DNA of 63,738 nucleotides, filler included, from Octopus bimaculoides (GCF_001194135.2; 8 parts of 7 records of this genome joined end to end with filler, not necessarily neighbours in it); one strand, 5' to 3'; numbered from the whole stretch's first letter, positions 35,086 to 47,829 are shown. Notes: generated by a model not told the origin, from the letters alone. Numbers and translations: made by a program.

Positions 35086-36910
35086 ATTATTTGAGACGCA
35101 AAATTTATAAAGTATTCCATTAGAGCTAATGGGCACTTGAAGAAACTGAAATGCATCGTATCAGAACTTAGAAATAAAAGCGGAGAATTGTTCCCTCGGA
35201 TAAGACTGGAAACTTGTACAATCTTGAAATAAACAACTACAATGAGCTTTTGAATAAAGAAATTACTAAAAGGTGTATGTTAAGAACTACAAGCTTAATT
35301 TCTAAACAAATTATGGGAAATTACAAATTGGATGATAAAATTAAACCTTTTGCTCCTAAAAAGCCGAAATTGATTTTAAAGGATCATAAGGAGACTTTTT
35401 ATAGTAACCCTAAAGTTAGATTGATTTGCCCAGGTATATCTGACTTGGATAAACTAAGTAAAACGGTTTTAGATAAGTATATTCCTGTTATTAAAGAAAA
35501 GATAAGATTGCAACTCTGATCTAATACCTATGATGTAATTGATTGGTTTAATAAGATTAAATTCAATAGTAGGTGTAGAATCATACAAATAGATATTGAT
35601 AGCTATTTCTCTTCAATTAAGCAAATTGTCTTAAATAAAGTCCTCATATTTGCAAAAAATAACTCTAATATCAACATGGATGAAATAAAGATTACTTTAG
35701 CCTCTAGAGGAACAAACCTAGAGTTCTAGAATAAGTATCGGACTAAGATTAATAGCATAGACGGATTTAATATAGCAAAGGGATCGGCGGATTTGATTGG
35801 GATTTATATTCTATCCTAGGACGGGACTTTCCTGACCTGGAGGGAGGCCTTTATAGGGATGATTCACTTTTTAGCGTTAGGAACATATCTAATAGAAAGA
35901 CGGAGCTATGTAAGAAAAAACTTCATAGGTGTTTTATTTTTTAGAGAGTTTTGGACTTTCGATAAGGATTGAAAATGAGAATGAATCGGTGAAATTCCTT
36001 GATGTTAATCATAATCTTTTACCGGTCAAAATCAACCATACCATAAGCCAAACTCTAGTCTTAGGTATATTAACTTTGAAAGCAACCATCCTGGTTCTGT
36101 GAAAATTGTTTTAGTTAATAATATTTACAAAAGAATTTCAAATTTATCATCTAATAAAGAGGTTTCGATAAAAATGTCGACTAATATAATGTAGCACTTA
36201 GCAAAGCTAGATATAAACGGAAATTGGTATATTGTCCTAATAATATTGGCACTTCTAACGACCTAGTTAGTTCCCATACTAACTTGGATTGGAAAATAAT
36301 AACAGGAAATAGGAATAGGAATTAATCGAAAAATATTTAAAAACACGAATATTAAAAATCAATATCAAACGCAAAATATGAGAATTATGGGAAACAATGT
36401 ACTTCTTCGTTCTTCTTATCTTTCTAGCACTATCAACAGCAGGGGTAAAAAGATTAGAAAGCAAACATCTTATATATCCAATAATGGTCATAAATATGGA
36501 GGTTATAAGGTTTCTTCTAATGGGAACAAAACTGTTTGGCTTATTATTCCATTAGCTAAGCAGATTAAGGGTAATTCAGTCGGTGCGTTATACAAACTAT
36601 TTTCCAGACAATTTACAAAAGAAAATAGATACTATGATATTATTAACCTTGGGAAGGCAGCGAGCTGGCACAAACATTAGCACGCCGGGAGAAATACTTA
36701 GCGGTATTTCGTCTGTCTTTACGTTCTGAATTCAAATTCCGCAAAGGTCAACTTTGTGTTTCATTCTATCGGGGTCATTGAAATAAGTACCAGTAGCTTA
36801 CTGGGGTCGATCTAATCGACTGACCATCTCCCTAAAAGTTTCGGACCTTGTGCCTCGAAAAGAAATGGATATTATTAACCCTAGGTTCTTTAGAATTGGT
36901 CATTCTGTAT
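35085..36910 (+). mobile_element. Decayed Naiad-type Penelope-like element RT region (GIY-YIG part absent)
   Basis: SDKTGNLY, LKDHKETFYSNPKVRLICP, QL*SNTYDVIDWF, IQIDIDSYFSSI, GLYRDD, VKFLDV, ESNHP, VWLIIPLAKQIKGN. Confidence 0.9.
36649..36867 (+). mobile_element. SINE family B inserted in the Naiad element with a 13-bp TSD
   Basis: gatattattaacc at 36636-36648 and 36868-36880. Confidence 0.9.
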
Positions 36911-37546
36911 CTACTTTGTTTTGTGTTTTCATTCGTTTTATGTCATAAATATTTATAAAACCATTTTAATATAATAATCATTCCCGACCCCACTGTGTAT
37001 TTGTATTGTCCCCATCTATGGTTGGCCCTCTGTGAGCAATAAAGAAATCATCCTGTAGCTAATAATTTATACCAGATTATATCCGCGAGTAACGAGAGGA
37101 AATTGTATTATTTTTATAAAAATTGTAACGGTCGTAAACGCCATTGTGTTAGTACCGAGCGAATAAACGTAAGAAAAGAGAGTGAACGTTAGATATCTAA
37201 TGTGAAAGGGAAGCTCTACAAACTGTAATATCTAATTTGTAAGGATGAGAAACAGAATAATAATTTGTCAGATACAGATAATACGTTTTGTAACTACAGG
37301 GCTAAAAGTAGATGTTTATTTAAGAATTATTGCAAACGAAAAAATGTTGTTTACAGATGAGCTGTACATTCTGAAGTTATAAATTACGTTTATATTGGTG
37401 CTACACAAGCCTTTATCAACATATTTCTAACCATATTTACACCTTTAAAAATAAAAATAGGTCTGCTTCCAGATTGATTATATTAAAGATATCTACATTT
37501 AAATATAAATGTAAATATAAACATAAATATATACATATACATATGT

Positions 37547-37629
<83 letters not shown>

Positions 37630-37752
37630 ATAAGAAATAACGCTAGTTCTAAAATCAATCTAAGAGATCAACGCAGTAGTTGTACTGACAAGTAATATTC
37701 GTAGCCACTGTCAGACGGACAGTTATATACATATAATATATGTTTGTGCGTG

Positions 37753-38075
37753 TGAAGGTGCGCGACTTAGTGTTTAGAGCATTCGGTTCCCGATCGTAAT
37801 ATCGTGAGTTTAATTCCAGGCGACGCGTTGTGTGCTTCAGCAAGACACTTTATTTCACGTTGCTCCAGTTCACGCAGCTGCCAAGAATGAGTAGTACCTG
37901 TATTTCAAAGGGCCAGCCTTGTAACACTCTATGTCACGCTGAATCTCCCTGAGAACTACATTAAGTGTGCATGTGTCTGTTGAGAGATCAGCCTCTTGCT
38001 CGTTAATTTAATTGGGCAAGCTGTTCTGTTGATCGTATCAGCTGAGACCCTCATCGTCGTAACCGGCGGAGTCCT
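37753..38075 (+). mobile_element. SINE family C, full length
   Basis: gaaggtgcgcgacttagtgtttagagc head through cgtcgtaaccggcggagt. Confidence 0.9.
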
Positions 38076-38085
38076 CCTTCACACA

Positions 38086-38121
<36 letters not shown>

Positions 38122-38221
38122 NNNNNNNNNNNNNNNNNNNNNNNNNNNNNNNNNNNNNNNNNNNNTTAATTAATTAANNNNNNNNNNNNNNNNNNNNNNN
38201 NNNNNNNNNNNNNNNNNNNNN
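38122..38221. other. Artificial scaffold linker
   Basis: 44 N + TTAATTAATTAA + 44 N. Confidence 0.95.
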
Positions 38222-38255
<34 letters not shown>

Positions 38256-38489
38256 AGTGGTGTGGGGATGACAATAATGATGATGATGGGGATGATATAG
38301 AAATACAATTACACAAATAAGACACCATTTTTTTAAAGGCCAACTAAAGACGATACTTTATCATTTGAAAGAAAAAGTAAAAAAAAAAAACAATAAAACC
38401 TTATCATTCTTTGCCAAAGAAAACTTTGAATGATATCAACTTAAATAAAACAATAATTCAATAAAATATAGCTATCTGTTTTTCTAATG

Positions 38490-38670
38490 TTGATAAACAT
38501 GATGACAACAACAGCAACAACAATGATGATGATGACTGACTATGAAGATGGTGAAGATGATGATGATGTTGCTAATGTTATAAACGATGATTATTATGAG
38601 GTTGATGATGTTGATAATAATGTTGGTGATGATGATGATACTGATGTTGTTGATGATTATGATGACAATA

Positions 38671-38704
<34 letters not shown>

Positions 38705-38830
38705 GGAAGATGACACTGCTGAAGAGGACAATGGTAGTAATGATGGTGATGTTAATTATTTTGAAACAGATGTTGATAAACATGATGACGATGTCATTGA
38801 TGATGATGATAATGAGGAAAAGGAAGAACC
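38490..38830. repeat. Degenerate (GAT)n tract (similar tracts at about 39948-40310 and 50640-50770)
   Basis: Direct reading. Confidence 0.9.
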
Positions 38831-39244
38831 TATTGATAACTACAATGACAGACTCTCACACCATAGTATATATTCTCCCTCCTTCCAGCCGGGGTAACTA
38901 TGTATTTCCTGTACAGCAAAACACCTGCTTCTGTTCCTCTGTCATACTCTAATCTCTCATCACCCAGCACAAAGCTACCTCTTTTAATAACCCACCTTCT
39001 CTTGAGAGATCTTTGTCTTGCAAGTTACTTGGTGACCTCACTGGTGCTGGTGCCATGTAAAAAGCACCCAGTCCACTCTGTAATGTGGTTGGTTTTAGGA
39101 AGGGCACCCAGCTGTAGAAACCATGCCAAAGTAGACAGTGGCCCTTGGTGCAGTCCTCTGGCTTACCAGCTCCTGTCAATCCAACTAATGCTGGCATAGA
39201 AGACAGATGTTTAATTATGATGATGATGATATGTATATATGTAA

Positions 39245-39736
39245 CTGTATGGTTTTGGTAGATGGAAACTGAATGAAGCCCATCGTGTGTGTGTGTATAA
39301 TATATATATATAGTTGAAATTTATAGAAAAACAAAAGATGAAGAACAAGCAGGAGTATTAGTTTGACGCTCAGGAAAGTGAAAAGGTCGTTTACATTTCG
39401 AGCCTATGCTCTTCAACAGAAAGGAAAAGAGGAAATAAACAGAGAGAGAACGAAAAAACTTGAAGATTTAGCGGTCAAGCATAGCAAATGATATATATGT
39501 TTATATTTATGTGTGTGTGTCTTTGTGCTTTTGTTTGTCTCCCCATCATTGTTTGACAACCAGTGTTGGTGTGTTTACATCCCTGTAACTTAGTGGTTTG
39601 GCAAAAGGAACCGATAGAATAAGTACTAAGCTTAGAAAAAATAAGTCCTGGGGTCGATTTGTTCAACTAAAATCTTTCAGAGCAGTGTTCCAGCATGGCC
39701 ACAGTCAAATGACTGAAACAACTAAAATAATAAAAG
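39245..39736 (+). mobile_element. SINE family A interrupted at its central microsatellite by a Penelope-type pLTR remnant (39310-39490, minus)
   Basis: SINE pieces at 39245-39300 and 39500-39736 flank the insert. Confidence 0.75.
39388..39423 (-). ncRNA. Minimal type I hammerhead motif with A6U variant core (CUGUUGA)
   Basis: cttt-CTGTTGA-a-gagc(atag)gctc-GAAA-tg-T-A-aacg. Confidence 0.6.
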
Positions 39737-39749
39737 NNNNNNNNNNNNN

Positions 39750-39781
<32 letters not shown>

Positions 39782-40362
39782 AGCAGGAGATGCTACACAC
39801 ACACATCTTATCTCCTGCTGGCTGACACACGTGTGCACTGATACACATGTACACATACATACACACAACCAGTCAAAATTATGGGAACCTTTCTTGTGTA
39901 AAAGAAGGGAAAGTGAAAGAGGGAAGAGAAGGAGGATTAAGAGAAAATATGATGATGATGATGATGATGATGATGATAATGATAATGATGATATTGGCTT
40001 TGTTGTTGTTGTTGTTGTTGTTCTTGGTGGTGGTGGGGGGGGATGATGGTGGTAGTGATGATGATGATGATTATGGTGGTGGTGATGATGATGATGATGA
40101 TAGTAGTGGTGGTGAAGATGATTGTAATAATTATGGGGATGATGATGATGATGATGATGATGACAACGATACTGGTGATGATAATGGCAACAGAAATTAT
40201 AATAGGTGAAATAACAATCTCTAAGTAATCTTCAAGGATATAAATACTGTTTGTTGTTGTTGTTGTTGTTGTTTTTGGTGATGGTGATGGTGGTGGTGGT
40301 GGTGGTTGTGGTGGTTTGTTATTTTTGCATAGGTCAAATTTGATTCAGTTACGCCAATGATC

Positions 40363-40779
40363 AAAGGATTATTCCATCCTTTTAGAGGCCTTCAGGACTA
40401 CCTAATCTAATGTGTCCTTTATTTAAGAAGTTATACTGTGATTTGAGGGAGATTTGGTTGCTATTTGTAGCAGGTTGAGCAACCTCATAGAGATACGCTC
40501 ATTGACTTTTGCCAGAGAATAAAGTGTAATGCCCAGAATGGTACATTTTTCTTCCTCATGCCAAGCTAAACTATTCCACTTTTATACGATAAAGCATTTA
40601 GCCTGCAGTTTAATATCATTCCATTGTCATTTTCAATCAATGAGCGTATCTCTATGAGGTTGCTCAACCTGCTACAAATAGCAACCAAATCTCCCTCAAA
40701 TCACAGTATAACTTCTTAAATAAAGGACACATTAGATTAGGTAGTCCTGAAGGCCTCTAAAAGGATGGAATAATCCTTT
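40363..40779. repeat. Perfect 143-bp inverted repeat with a 131-bp spacer
   Basis: 40363-40505 is the exact reverse complement of 40637-40779, checked base by base. Confidence 0.95.
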
Positions 40780-41099
40780 ACACACACTCACAAAAATACG
40801 TATAATCTTAAAGTATACACACATATACATTTATCCATCTCTCCATATATATATGACACTATTTTCAAGGATAATGGTTAAAATTCAAATTTTTTTATTT
40901 ATTTATTTTTTTACTTTTTAATATATTTTTTATAATCTTTTTTTTTACACACATACACATACAATACATACATATATTTACACACATACTCATACATGCT
41001 TGCATGTACATACTCATACACTCACATACACAACACACACATACATCTACACATATGTATATACGTATCAAAATATATATGCTCATACGGTTTTATATA

Positions 41100-41828
41100 A
41101 CTACATATAAGTATTTTAGTACCATGCATCTCAACATGTATGTATGGATTTCCACATGTAAATGAGAGAGAAGGGTGGCTATAGAGAGGTACTCCCGAGC
41201 AGAATCTGGATGTTACCCCATTCTGGTTTACGGTTGAGATTGGGTTTGTATTCTTGTATACAGACAGCTTCAGTGACTCGTCTCAGCATTGCATCAGTGG
41301 GATGTGTGGATAAGATGTTTAATTTAAGTCTCCCTAAGGAGCCTTTGTGGCAGTCTACAGCATGCCGATGGAAGATGGAGTTTGGTTTCTTTTCAATGTA
41401 GTTGTCCAGGTGTCCCTTGAACCTATCATTGATACTCGTAGAAGTCTCACCAATGTATGACTCTGGGTTAGTTGCGCAAGCTCCTTCTTGGCACTTAATC
41501 TGGTATACAGTGCTCTTGGTTTTGCAGTATACATGTGGGTTTGTAGAACATACTGCACAATTATTTTGACAGCTGATTCTATCAAATAGATATGATCTAC
41601 ATAATACAGATTTGATAGTCCTACCTGTCCTTTCTACAACTTTGATCTTAAGGCCAGTTGTGAGCAGGATTTTCTTGAACGCCTTACTTAATTCGTTCTT
41701 AGGTGTAGCGTCAACAAACATTACACTGTGAAACTTCTTGCTATCATACCAAGTGTCGTTCTTATTTCTTTTGTTGGCGTCCCTCTCTAACCTATTCCAG
41801 AACTTGTTGCAGTATCGGGGGCATATAC
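41100..41828 (-). mobile_element. Penelope-like element 3' part (Neptune-like linker + GIY-YIG endonuclease), frame still open
   Basis: MFVDATP..KVVERTG..CQNNCAVC..VYQIKC..YIGETS..RFKGH..LRRVTEAVCI..LNRKPEWG. The frame stays open upstream to the gap. Confidence 0.9.
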
Positions 41829-42039
41829 TGTTTTATATATATATATATNNNNNNNNNNNNNNNNNNNNNNNNNNNNNNNNNNNNNNNNNNNNNNNNNNNN
41901 NNNNNNNNNNTATATTTAACAGGAAGGGCAACAAAAGAAAGAAAGAGACCTCGATATTATGCAAATAGAGGAATTTATCTGTAAAAATATGTGACACTTA
42001 TTCAGTAGCCATGATAAAACTCCGAGTTTCAATTGGCTG

Positions 42040-42100
42040 GATAACTGAAGAGATGTTGGCGTGGGCTCCCATCCTGGCATCCGAAACTCAGAGTTTTATC
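42040..42100 (+). ncRNA. Type I hammerhead ribozyme motif, canonical core
   Basis: gataa-CTGAAGA-gatgt..gcatc-c-GAAA-ctc(a)gag-T-T-ttatc. Stem I 5 bp, palindromic stem III with a 1-nt loop, GUU triplet. Confidence 0.75.
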
Positions 42101-42134
42101 ATGACTACTGAATAAGTGTCACATATTTTTACAG

Positions 42135-42190
<56 letters not shown>

Positions 42191-43924
42191 AAAATACTCT
42201 GGATATATTTATTATGCTTTACACAAACACATGCGTATGCATTCATTGATCAGTGATGAAAAGGAAGAGAAAATCTCAGTTTACATTCACCAGACTTTGA
42301 TCGTTCTCGTCCGCTACAATTTAAATTTGGTTTTATGATTAATTGAGTTGTCTGACTGTTCTGATTATTTGCTTCAAGACCTTTAAATAATAACCTGACA
42401 AAAGTTAATTCGATTCTACTGAGATAAACAAACCAATTAGAACTATCAGGAAAAATTTTCCATCTTTAAAGATTTTAACTGTTATTTGATTAACAAATAT
42501 CTTGAAAATTTGTAGAACCATTACGAATTCATGGTGCATCCTTTGACAATATCATGTGATTTTAACTTTTAAATTCAATTTTGTTCACTCTTTAAACTGA
42601 TCTGTTTTATGGGTATCTATTTACATACAAACTCTCTCTCTCTCCCTCTCTCTCTCTCTCTCCCTCTCTCTCTCTCTCTCNNNNNNNNNNNNNNNNNNNN
42701 NNNNNNNNNNNNNNNNNNNNNNNNNNNNNNNNNNNNNNNNNNNNNNNNNNNNNNNNNNNNNNNNNNNNNNNNNNNNNNNNNNNNNNNNNNNNNNNNNNNN
42801 NNNNNNNNNNNNNNNNNNNNNNNNNNNNNNNNNNNNNNNNNNNNNNNNNNNNNNNNNNNNNNNNNNNNNNNNNNNNNNNNNNNNNNNNNNNNNNNNNNNN
42901 NNNNNNNNNNNNNNNNNNNNNNNNNNNNNNNNNNNNNNNNNNNNNNNNNNNNNNNNNNNNNNNNNNNNNNNNNNNNNNNNNNNNNNNNNNNNNNNNNNNN
43001 NNNNNNNNNNNNNNNNNNNNNNNNNNNNNNNNNNNNNNNNNNNNNNNNNNNNNNNNNNNNNNNNNNNNNNNNNNNNNNNNNNNNNNNNNNNNNNNNNNNN
43101 NNNNNNNNNNNNNNNNNNNNNNNNNNNNNNNNNNNNNNNNNNNNNNNNNNNNNNNNNNNNNNNNNNNNNNNNNNNNNNNNNNNNNNNNNNNNNNNNNNNN
43201 NNNNNNNNNNNNNNNNNNNNNNNNNNNNNNNNNNNNNNNNNNNNNNNNNNNNNNNNNNNNNNNNNNNNNNNNNNNNNNNNNNNNNNNNNNNNNNNNNNNN
43301 TCTCTCCCTCCCCCCTCTCTCTCTCCCTCTCTCTCTCTCTTCCTCTCACAAATGCACAGACTTAATATATGTGTTAGATTAAAATCATCAGAGACATTTA
43401 TTGACAGAGTAACTCAATATAAAGTGTAATTGTTCTGTTTAAACAATATACATGTATCTAAACTCATGTATACATAAATGCACAAATGCATAAATGCACA
43501 AAATCTCAAACCCACAATCCATAAATACTTATCATCCTCATCATCGTCGTCGTCGTCATCATCATCATCATTGTCATCGTTGTCATCATTATCATCATCA
43601 TCATTTAACATCTGTTTCTATGCTGGCATGAATTGAACAGTTAGATTGGATCTGGCAACTAGAACGGTCGTGCTGAGCTCCAGTGCTTTCACATGATTAC
43701 ATGTTTACTACTGCTGGATGCCCTTTCTAATGCCAACTACCTTACAGTGTGTACTGGGTACTTTTTTTACGTACCACCAGCATTAGTGAGGTTGTCAAGT
43801 AATTTGCAAGACTGAAAAAGAATATAAAAGGAAGAAAGGTAAAAGCCGCCCACCAGGGGTTGTAGTAGGAGCATTATAAACAGAAAGTGGCTCTGTCAGG
43901 TGCTGAGAGACTAATGTATGATAA

Positions 43925-44440
43925 CAGGGCCAGTACATTTCACTTGCTATAGAGGGTGTCCATGTACAACAGAGTGTAAGCGTCTTCAGTAAAAAATTGG
44001 GTATAAGAAGCATCAAATGTGGTGTGCAAGAGAGATGACTGCACTAGTATCTTCATGTGATGCATATGGATGAGGACAGCTGTGTAAATAAGTGCCAGTC
44101 TCTAACTGTGGAGGGAACCTGTGAAAGAGGTAGACTCAGGAAGACATGGGGCGAGATGGTGAATCTTTGAACATTGGCCCTCACAGAGGCAATGACAAGT
44201 GAGCGAAATCTTTGGCGATATGCCGTGCTTGAGAAGACCCATCAAACTAAGTGAAATTGTAGTCATGGCTGATACTGGTGTCACATAACTGGCACCTGTG
44301 CCAGTGACACGGATAAAGCATCCATTGGAGTGGTTGGTGTTAAGAAATACCTCCAGCTGTAGAAACCATTCTAAATCAGACTGGAACTTGGTGCAGCTCT
44401 CCAGCTTACCAGTTCCACTCAAACTGTTTAACCATCATCA
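43925..44440 (+). mobile_element. RTE LINE 3' end (same family as 18329-19130)
   Basis: Matches the reverse complement of 18430-18790 by eye. Confidence 0.85.
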
Positions 44441-45526
44441 TCATCATCATCACTTAACGTCTGCTTTCCATACTGGCATGGGTTGGATGGTTTGACAGGA
44501 GCTGGCTAGGCAGAAGATTGCACCAGGCTTCAGTGTCTGTTTTAGCATAGTTTTTATGGCTAGATGCCCTGCAGAGTGAACTGAGTGCTTTTTACATGGC
44601 ACCAGCACAGGTGAGGTCAGTTTTGGCATGGTTTTTACAACTGGATGCCCTTCCAAATGCCAACCACTTTACAATATGGACTGAATGCTTTTTGTATGGC
44701 ATCAGCACTGGCAGGGTCACCAAGTAACTTTGTAAGACAAGGAGTCTTTGAGAGGGGAGGGGGAATTTGAGGAAACAATCTTGTGTCAGATGATGAAAGG
44801 CTAGAGTGTGACAGAGAGGCAGAAACAAGTGTCTTGCTGTTGAGGAGTAACATGGTTATCTGGTCAGAGAGAGCAAGTGAGAGAGAGTGATCAAGATGGA
44901 GGATAGATACAGGTGTGTTACTGTAGATGAGCTACATGGTTGATCAGTCAGAGGGAGAGAAGAAGAGTGCAAGAGAGAGCAGGAGAGAGATGATGGCGAA
45001 GTGCCAGGGCATACTCACAAAGAACGATGGTCAGAATATAAATGGGGTGATAGAGTAGAGCAAAGGAGAGACAAGTGGTGGCAAAGTGCCAGGCCATACT
45101 CTCAAGGTATGGCAGTCAGAATATAAATGGTAGAGAATTGCCAAAGGTGCATGAGTAGGGAGTAGGGATTTCACATGAATGCAAAGAGTGTGTTGGTGGA
45201 GAATGCTGTGACTGGTGAAACCTGGGTATATAGAGGGGATTGGGGACAACAGAATAGCAATGATACAGTGAACAGGGAAGTGAGGACAGGATTTGGGGAG
45301 CAAAAGATAAGCAGAAGCATAGTGCATGAAAAGAGGAAATGTGAGGAAGAGAAGAGATGAAGTTTGGTTTGTTGGGGTTAGGGTGCAGGAAAGCTTTATT
45401 GTTACATGTAGGTGGAACCCACAGTGCCTCTAGAATTTAGTTTTGCTGAAGTCGTTGGGTCTTCTCTATAACCTCATGTTACCTGACATCTCTGTCCATT
45501 GTCATCTCCTCTGAGAGGCTCAACAT

Positions 45527-45570
<44 letters not shown>

Positions 45571-45572
<2 letters not shown>

Positions 45573-46103
45573 AATAATACAGAATGGGACAAGAGCGCAA
45601 AACATCCAGACAGTTAGGTGATACAAGAAAGGGACAAAACATCCCGATAGACTATACAAAGAAAACACGAACAGGTCATTCGGAGTTTTCTCTCTTCAGT
45701 TGAGATCCAGATTATTTTTGCAATTTCGGATGGTTATTCTCGATATTGCTCCAATCTGGCCAGCCCCAAGGAAAAACTAAGCTGAGAGCATTAGGTTCCT
45801 TGGAAGAAAGCAGCGAATGTAAGGACGGAAAAAAAACGAACAATGTTACACAAATACAGTAGTACAAATACAGTAGGAATAATAACAGGACAAACCAACA
45901 GATGTCTTTCGACTAAGGACGAATAAAATTAAGCTGGCGTATATGAAAATAAGGCCTTGCAGCCAGGATACAAGGTTTTACAGGCACAGGGAGGAATAAC
46001 GATGTTACATGCTCAACGGCCGCCCAAGAAAGAAAGGTCAGGCTTGGCTGAACACAGGTCACGTGGGAAGAGAAGAGAGAGAGGTAGAGGCAGAGGGACA
46101 AAA
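45571..46103 (-). mobile_element. Dispersed repeat, probably a Penelope-type pLTR (partial second copy at 55061-55306, plus)
   Basis: Shared block cctctgcctctacctctctctcttctcttccca..cttagtcgaaagaca. Degenerate hammerhead-like motif at 45668-45703. The 3' end abuts (TG)n. Confidence 0.55.
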
Positions 46104-47589
46104 NNNNNNNNNNGGAAGAGAAGAGAGAGAGGTAGAGGCAGAGGGACAAAAGAATTAAGGAGGGGCGAGAAAAAATGACAGGGACACAGTGAAGTGAAAA
46201 GTGGAGGGAGAAGAGAAGGCAAGGAAATATGAGTGAGGAGGAACAAAAGAACGAACAGTGGAATGAACGAATAAGGGTGAAGGGGCCACTCAAATACTAT
46301 GATGACTGTCATGTTCTTCTGTTATGGACCTTGTGATGACTACCATATAAGTAGTCAATGGATCTCTGTCACTTTTGACAATGAGTTTTCTTGTTTGACC
46401 AACTGAACTACTTACTCATTGAATTATTGTGTAAGTAGCTTAGAATTTCACAGACATGAGCACTGCTTAAACAAATCTCACTCAGAATGAGTGTAATGCA
46501 GTATATGGTTCAGTCCATTGATGAGCTTCTACACAGATGTTGACCAAATGTCTTCAGAATTTCAACATCTGACAATTTCAACATCTGACAATATTGTTTA
46601 ATCAGACAGTGTCAACAGCTTGGTGTTGTTGAGTAGACATTAAAAAAAAATTAACTAAGACAGACAAAAGTTATGTAAGGGTGATAATAGAAAAAAATGC
46701 AAAACAAACAGGGAAATATAATCTTTTGACTAAATGATAAACCTGAGACAAGTTGTTCAGAGAATGGAAAAAACAAAAACAAAATGAAAACAAAGAGGAG
46801 TATATAAGTATACATAAGTATTTCGATGTAAAAGACAAAGTCAACACAAGTTGTGTGAAGAAGTAGTGAATAGAGGGAAATTAGTTTAGAGATTTACACC
46901 ATTAGAAGAAAGAAGTATAACAACCTGAGAACCAAGGAAAGAAACATATAATCACTTAAATAATCAAACATTTTATGTACTTTTTTTAGAATTCGTTTTT
47001 CCTTATTAGTACCTGCAAATTACTGTATTGTTACAATTAAATATTCTAAATAGCATGGTTTATCAAGTGACAATCAGGTAGAGGTGACATTAGCCATTAT
47101 TGTGTTGAAGTAGGAAATGGCAGATAAAGAATGAGAGGAGAGGTAATTTGGATATAGTAAGAGTGAGAATGAGAAAGTAAGATATAAAGAGTAGAACAGC
47201 ATTAATATTGTATAGGTTTTTATAATGCAAAAATGTATTGAGTTTTATGACAAAAAAAAAAAAAATACTGATTTTTGTTCAGTTAACTGAAGTATTGAAA
47301 TTGAAATTCTGAGGTAAAGTCTGAACATGTAAAGTTAATCATACAATTATTCACTTTACAATTGTTAACTAAAACATGAGTACAATACATGTCTGATGTA
47401 ACAGGTACAAGGAAATATATAGTTATAAACATTGTGCTTTTATTGGATTGTTGTAAATTATAACATTGAAATCGACAATTTCACATAAAGTGATTATATA
47501 AGAAAGCTGTAAGATTGAATTGAATCTATAGCTTTTAAAATTAATTTTGATAAATTATAATTATAGGAAGGAATAGTGACAAGGGATAA

Positions 47590-47800
47590 ATAATTGTTTT
47601 ACTTGCTTCAGTAATTTGCTGTGGCCATGGTGGAGCACCACCTTAAAGGGTTTTAGTCGAAAAAATCGACCAAAGGACTTATTCTTTGTAAGCCTAGTAC
47701 TTATTCTATCAGTCTCTTTTGCCAAACTACTAAGTTATGGGACATAAACACACCAGCATTAGTTGTCAATGGCAGGGGGGACAAACATAGACATAGACAC
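47590..47800 (-). mobile_element. SINE family A 3' half, strongly CpG-decayed
   Basis: Family CG positions read TG, CA or TA, for example ctactaagttatgggacataaac. Confidence 0.85.
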
Positions 47801-47829
47801 ACACACACACACACACACATACACACACA

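Noticed and set aside
35517-35519. TGA at a conserved Trp in the second Naiad as recoding or an alternative genetic code
   Set aside because: It is a single TGG-to-TGA change in an element with other stop types and frameshifts.
38487-38897. Asp-rich ORF (also 39831-40228, 43414-43611 and 50638-50835)
   Set aside because: These are translations of degenerate (GAT)n microsatellites with no splice or domain evidence.
46070-46153. Direct repeat around a 10-N gap (also 7521-7570 versus 8045-8097)
   Set aside because: Identical sequence at gap edges is typical of unmerged contig overlaps.
46417-46590. Minus-strand exon ending at a GTAAGT donor
   Set aside because: The best frame has an internal TGA, no convincing acceptor and no recognisable protein.
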